A DNA stretch of 63,603 nt, counting the filler, from Stramenopiles sp. TOSAG23-2 (lineage: Eukaryota): assembly GCA_900128395.1 (NCBI GenBank). It is 12 parts of 12 records of this genome, joined end to end, with 100 filler letters (N's around TTAATTAATTAA, not from the genome) between each part and the next. Parts side by side here need not be neighbours in the genome. Positions count along the whole stretch, not along the records: positions 60,927 to 62,215 come from LT653256.1; positions 62,316 to 63,603 come from LT653257.1; 10 more parts are not named here. One strand, written 5' to 3'. The translations under genes were made by a program, and so were the position numbers. Positions 60,929 through 63,603 of this stretch are shown piece by piece (position 1 is the stretch's first letter; each line of letters begins with the position of its first letter). A model generated the notes under the pieces. That model ran no database searches. It saw nothing but the letters and a program-made list of their open reading frames with translations, and was not told the DNA's origin.

Positions 60929-61958
60929 TACAAGAAAATTTGGGAAAATGGGTGTAAAGTAAAAACTCCTTTTTGTAAAAAGATGTTTCAAGCACAATGT
61001 GATTGCGCAGTCCTTGAAGTGAAGAATCATAATATGACAAAATTACCACTAACAATCATTGAAATGAAAAGTTTGCAGCAACTTGTTATAAAGAATGGAC
61101 CATTAAAAGAATTACCTCCTAAAATGAATGAATTGAATGATTTATCCTTTTTAGATTTTGGATTTAATCAACTAACAAAATTCGATGTAGATGTCTCGAA
61201 ATGGCAATATTTACATAGTATTCATCTAAGCTTTAACAAAATTACAAGTCTTCATAAAAGCGTATGGAACCATCCAGAATTGATCAATCTTGCAATAAAT
61301 GAAAATATAGGATTGAAATTTCCAGAGAAAATTGAATTAAAACAATTATTATATTTTGCTGCTGATAACAACACTGTAAAAATACCCAAAAGTTTAGGTC
61401 GAGAACAATTTCCAGCTATTTTATTCTTGTATTTAAATGGTAATAAAATGCCTGACCATGCTTTTCCTGACAAGTTTGAGACATTGACTACGGTTCGAGA
61501 ATTGGGCGTATCACGGTGTTCGTTAACAGAATTGCTTTCAAGAACTGTGGTTCAAATGAAACAATTGGCTTACCTTGATGCAAGAAATAATAATATTACA
61601 AGTATTGATCCTACGTTAATTGATTTCTTTAAAACACTAAAAGTGAAAGAAATTTATTTAGATGGAAATAAAGGCTTAGATTGTAAAGCTGCTGGTGGAA
61701 CAGATTGTGATGAAAAAGTATGTTCAAAGTATTGTTATTCGAAATTTCATAAAAATGGTTGGTGCGATGAATCTTGCAATTCAAAAGATTGTGATTATGA
61801 TGGAGGGGGATTGTAAAGCTGCTGGTGGAACAGATTGTGATGAAAAAGTATGTTCAAAGTATTGTTATTCGAAATTTCATAAAAATGATTGGTGCGAAGA
61901 ATCTTGCAATTCAAAAGATTGTGATTATGATGGAGGGGATTGCCTAGAAAAGGATTAA
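60929..61958 (+). CDS. LRR protein with C-terminal LNR (Notch-like) repeat; 5' partial; frameshifted by a 130-bp duplication
   Basis: LxxLxxLDxxxNxL repeats; NGWCDESCNSKDCDYDGGDC; 61679-61808 repeated at 61809-61938 with 2 substitutions. Confidence 0.8.
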
Positions 61959-62089
61959 AAGGCTGCGCTGTGATTAAAAAAATGAAAAAGATAACTTTGA
62001 CATCATATTTTAATTTTTTATTTTTTTTTAAAAAAATATAAATGATATCTTGAATATTGTTTTGTTTTAATTTTTCACACTCTTGTCTG

Positions 62090-62215
62090 TTAATACTCTT
62101 CTAGGCAATCCCCTCCATCATAATCACAATCTTTTGAATTGCAAGATTCATCGCACCAACCATTTTTATGAAATTTCGAATAACAATACTTTGAACATAC
62201 TTTTTCATCACAATC
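62090..62215 (-). CDS. 3' end of a convergent paralogue of the LRR-LNR gene
   Basis: Minus strand reads DCDEKVCSKYCYSKFHKNGWCDESCNSKDCDYDGGDCLEEY*; the plus-strand gene ends CLEKD*. Confidence 0.7.
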   Translation of the reverse strand, partial: DCDEKVCSKYCYSKFHKNGWCDESCNSKDCDYDGGDCLEEY

Positions 62216-63533
62216 NNNNNNNNNNNNNNNNNNNNNNNNNNNNNNNNNNNNNNNNNNNNTTAATTAATTAANNNNNNNNNNNNNNNNNNNNNNNNNNNNN
62301 NNNNNNNNNNNNNNNAGAATGACAGTGAACAAACAAAATACATCTAGGCAAATGGGTAAGCTGTGAGAACGTATTATAATATAATTAACATGACACAATG
62401 CTTTTCTTTTAAAAAAAATATATTTTGATATCCGGGTGTGTGTATAATTTGGAAAGAGGAAGAGTAAATAAAAAAAAATGTTTATTAATAAATATAAAAT
62501 ATTTAGCTAACAAAAAAAATATTAATATTATTAAAATAATACACACACAATAGTGCAATATTAAAATGTACATGATTATCATTTTAAAATATATATATAT
62601 ATACGAAAATATAATTGATGAGATATGGTCATCATACCATTTTTTTTACGAATTCGTACGAAGTAAATTATAAGAACAGCGCTAATATGCTCTACTCGTA
62701 AAATATATTTTTTTTGATTATTAATAAATTAATTAAAATATTTTCTTTAAATCTATTTTATATATATATAAAAATATTTTATATAATGATACTGTATTCA
62801 ATATATTTTTATTCATTCTCCTTCTTCGCTTTTCTCATTTTTTCAATTAATTCTTGATTCAATATTTCCATGTCCAAATATTCTGTATTGTGTTACTAAT
62901 ATTTATCTATCAAGGAATTATATATATATCGTGGTTTTAAAACATTTGTAAAGGAAAGGATGGTATACAATTTCGAAATACTAGTATTAATAAATATTAT
63001 ACAACAAGAAAAAAGTCTGTGTGATGCCATGTATAATACATGTAAAGCACTAGAAGATGTATTCTGTGTATAAAAAATTAAAAAAAACTCCCACCATTTT
63101 AATTTTCATCGCTCCAAAACCGCAATGCTATCCCCATGCTACCGCTCCTGATCTTCAGGGCAGGGCATTGTACTAAAGATCACGCAGTTTTAAGTACATT
63201 ATATTTTGCCAATTAATATTTCTTTCATAATGCCTTGCTGTGATTCACTGATTTAGATTACTGATTACTGATTTAGATTAATAATTTTTTCAACACATAA
63301 TTTATTATTATTCCAGTATTATTTATTACACCTTAAAACCTATATTATTCGTTTTTAATATATATATTTTTTTTGGCACTTTGCCTGGTTTGCTATTCAT
63401 TTTTATTATTATTTTAATTTACTATAAGTTTGTATTTTATAATAATATATAGATTATGTATGTATAGATATATACATATACAAAAAGAAAAAAGTAGTAA
63501 TTAACTAACAACACAACAACAACAAAAACAGGC

Positions 63534-63602
63534 ATGTTTAAAAAATTTGATTCGGAATCATCCGTTGCTGGGACGACGGAATTGAAGAAATCAAAAGCGA
63601 AA
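63534..63602 (+). CDS. Probable N-terminus of MCTS1/Tma20 (translation re-initiation factor), cut by the window end
   Basis: MFKKFDSESSVAGTTELKKSKAK resembles the MFKKF...LKxS start of MCT-1 proteins; only 23 codons visible; preceded by ACTAAC...CAG, a possible 5'UTR intron acceptor. Confidence 0.45.
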   Translation, partial: MFKKFDSESSVAGTTELKKSKAK

Positions 63603-63603
63603 A

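Noticed and set aside
1496..61473. Many short antisense or overlapping ORFs in the track (e.g. 20305-20823, 26739-27305, 37649-38215)
   Set aside because: Shadow frames of well-supported genes, or low-complexity AT-rich sequence
63085..63195. GC-richer island as a possible snRNA/snoRNA
   Set aside because: No convincing U1-U6, U3, SRP or tRNA motifs by eye; needs an Infernal/Rfam search

Overview
This is not one locus. The window is 12 short, unrelated contigs joined by an artificial 100-bp spacer (N44-TTAATTAATTAA-N44). Contig lengths are about 6042, 6040, 6009, 6005, 5989, 5984, 5970, 5964, 5962, 5961, 1289 and 1288 bp. The DNA is nuclear sequence of an AT-rich, intron-poor microbial eukaryote: it has GT-AG introns with CTAAC branch sites, TTLL, TAPT1, RMND1 and ubiquitin-like domains. 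An uncultured heterotrophic protist such as a marine stramenopile is plausible, but that is inference only. Housekeeping genes: SLC12 cation-chloride cotransporter, mitochondrial-type bL20, TrhO-like rhodanese, TTLL, RMND1/DUF155, TAPT1, Sfp-type PPTase, and probably the start of MCTS1. The notable content is a set of unusual multidomain signalling or defence-like proteins: (i) a soluble-adenylyl-cyclase/STAND protein fused to a C-terminal SCP2 lipid-binding domain; (ii) a receptor with two tandem TM-dCache-TM-HAMP modules, TPRs and a C-terminal vWA domain; (iii) an NB-ARC-LRR (NLR-like) protein; (iv) a UBL-zinc finger-UBL-ankyrin protein with two internal di-Gly ends and 17 or more mosaic ankyrin repeats; (v) an FHA-RBR protein with FG repeats; (vi) an ADAM-like protease with four compact Cys repeats. 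Also present: a GH54 arabinofuranosidase, a 5'-truncated CRE-like non-LTR retrotransposon, two tandem repeat arrays and a dispersed element downstream of unrelated genes. Several genes are broken by exact 68-140 bp tandem duplications, most likely assembly artefacts. Removing one copy restores intact ORFs.
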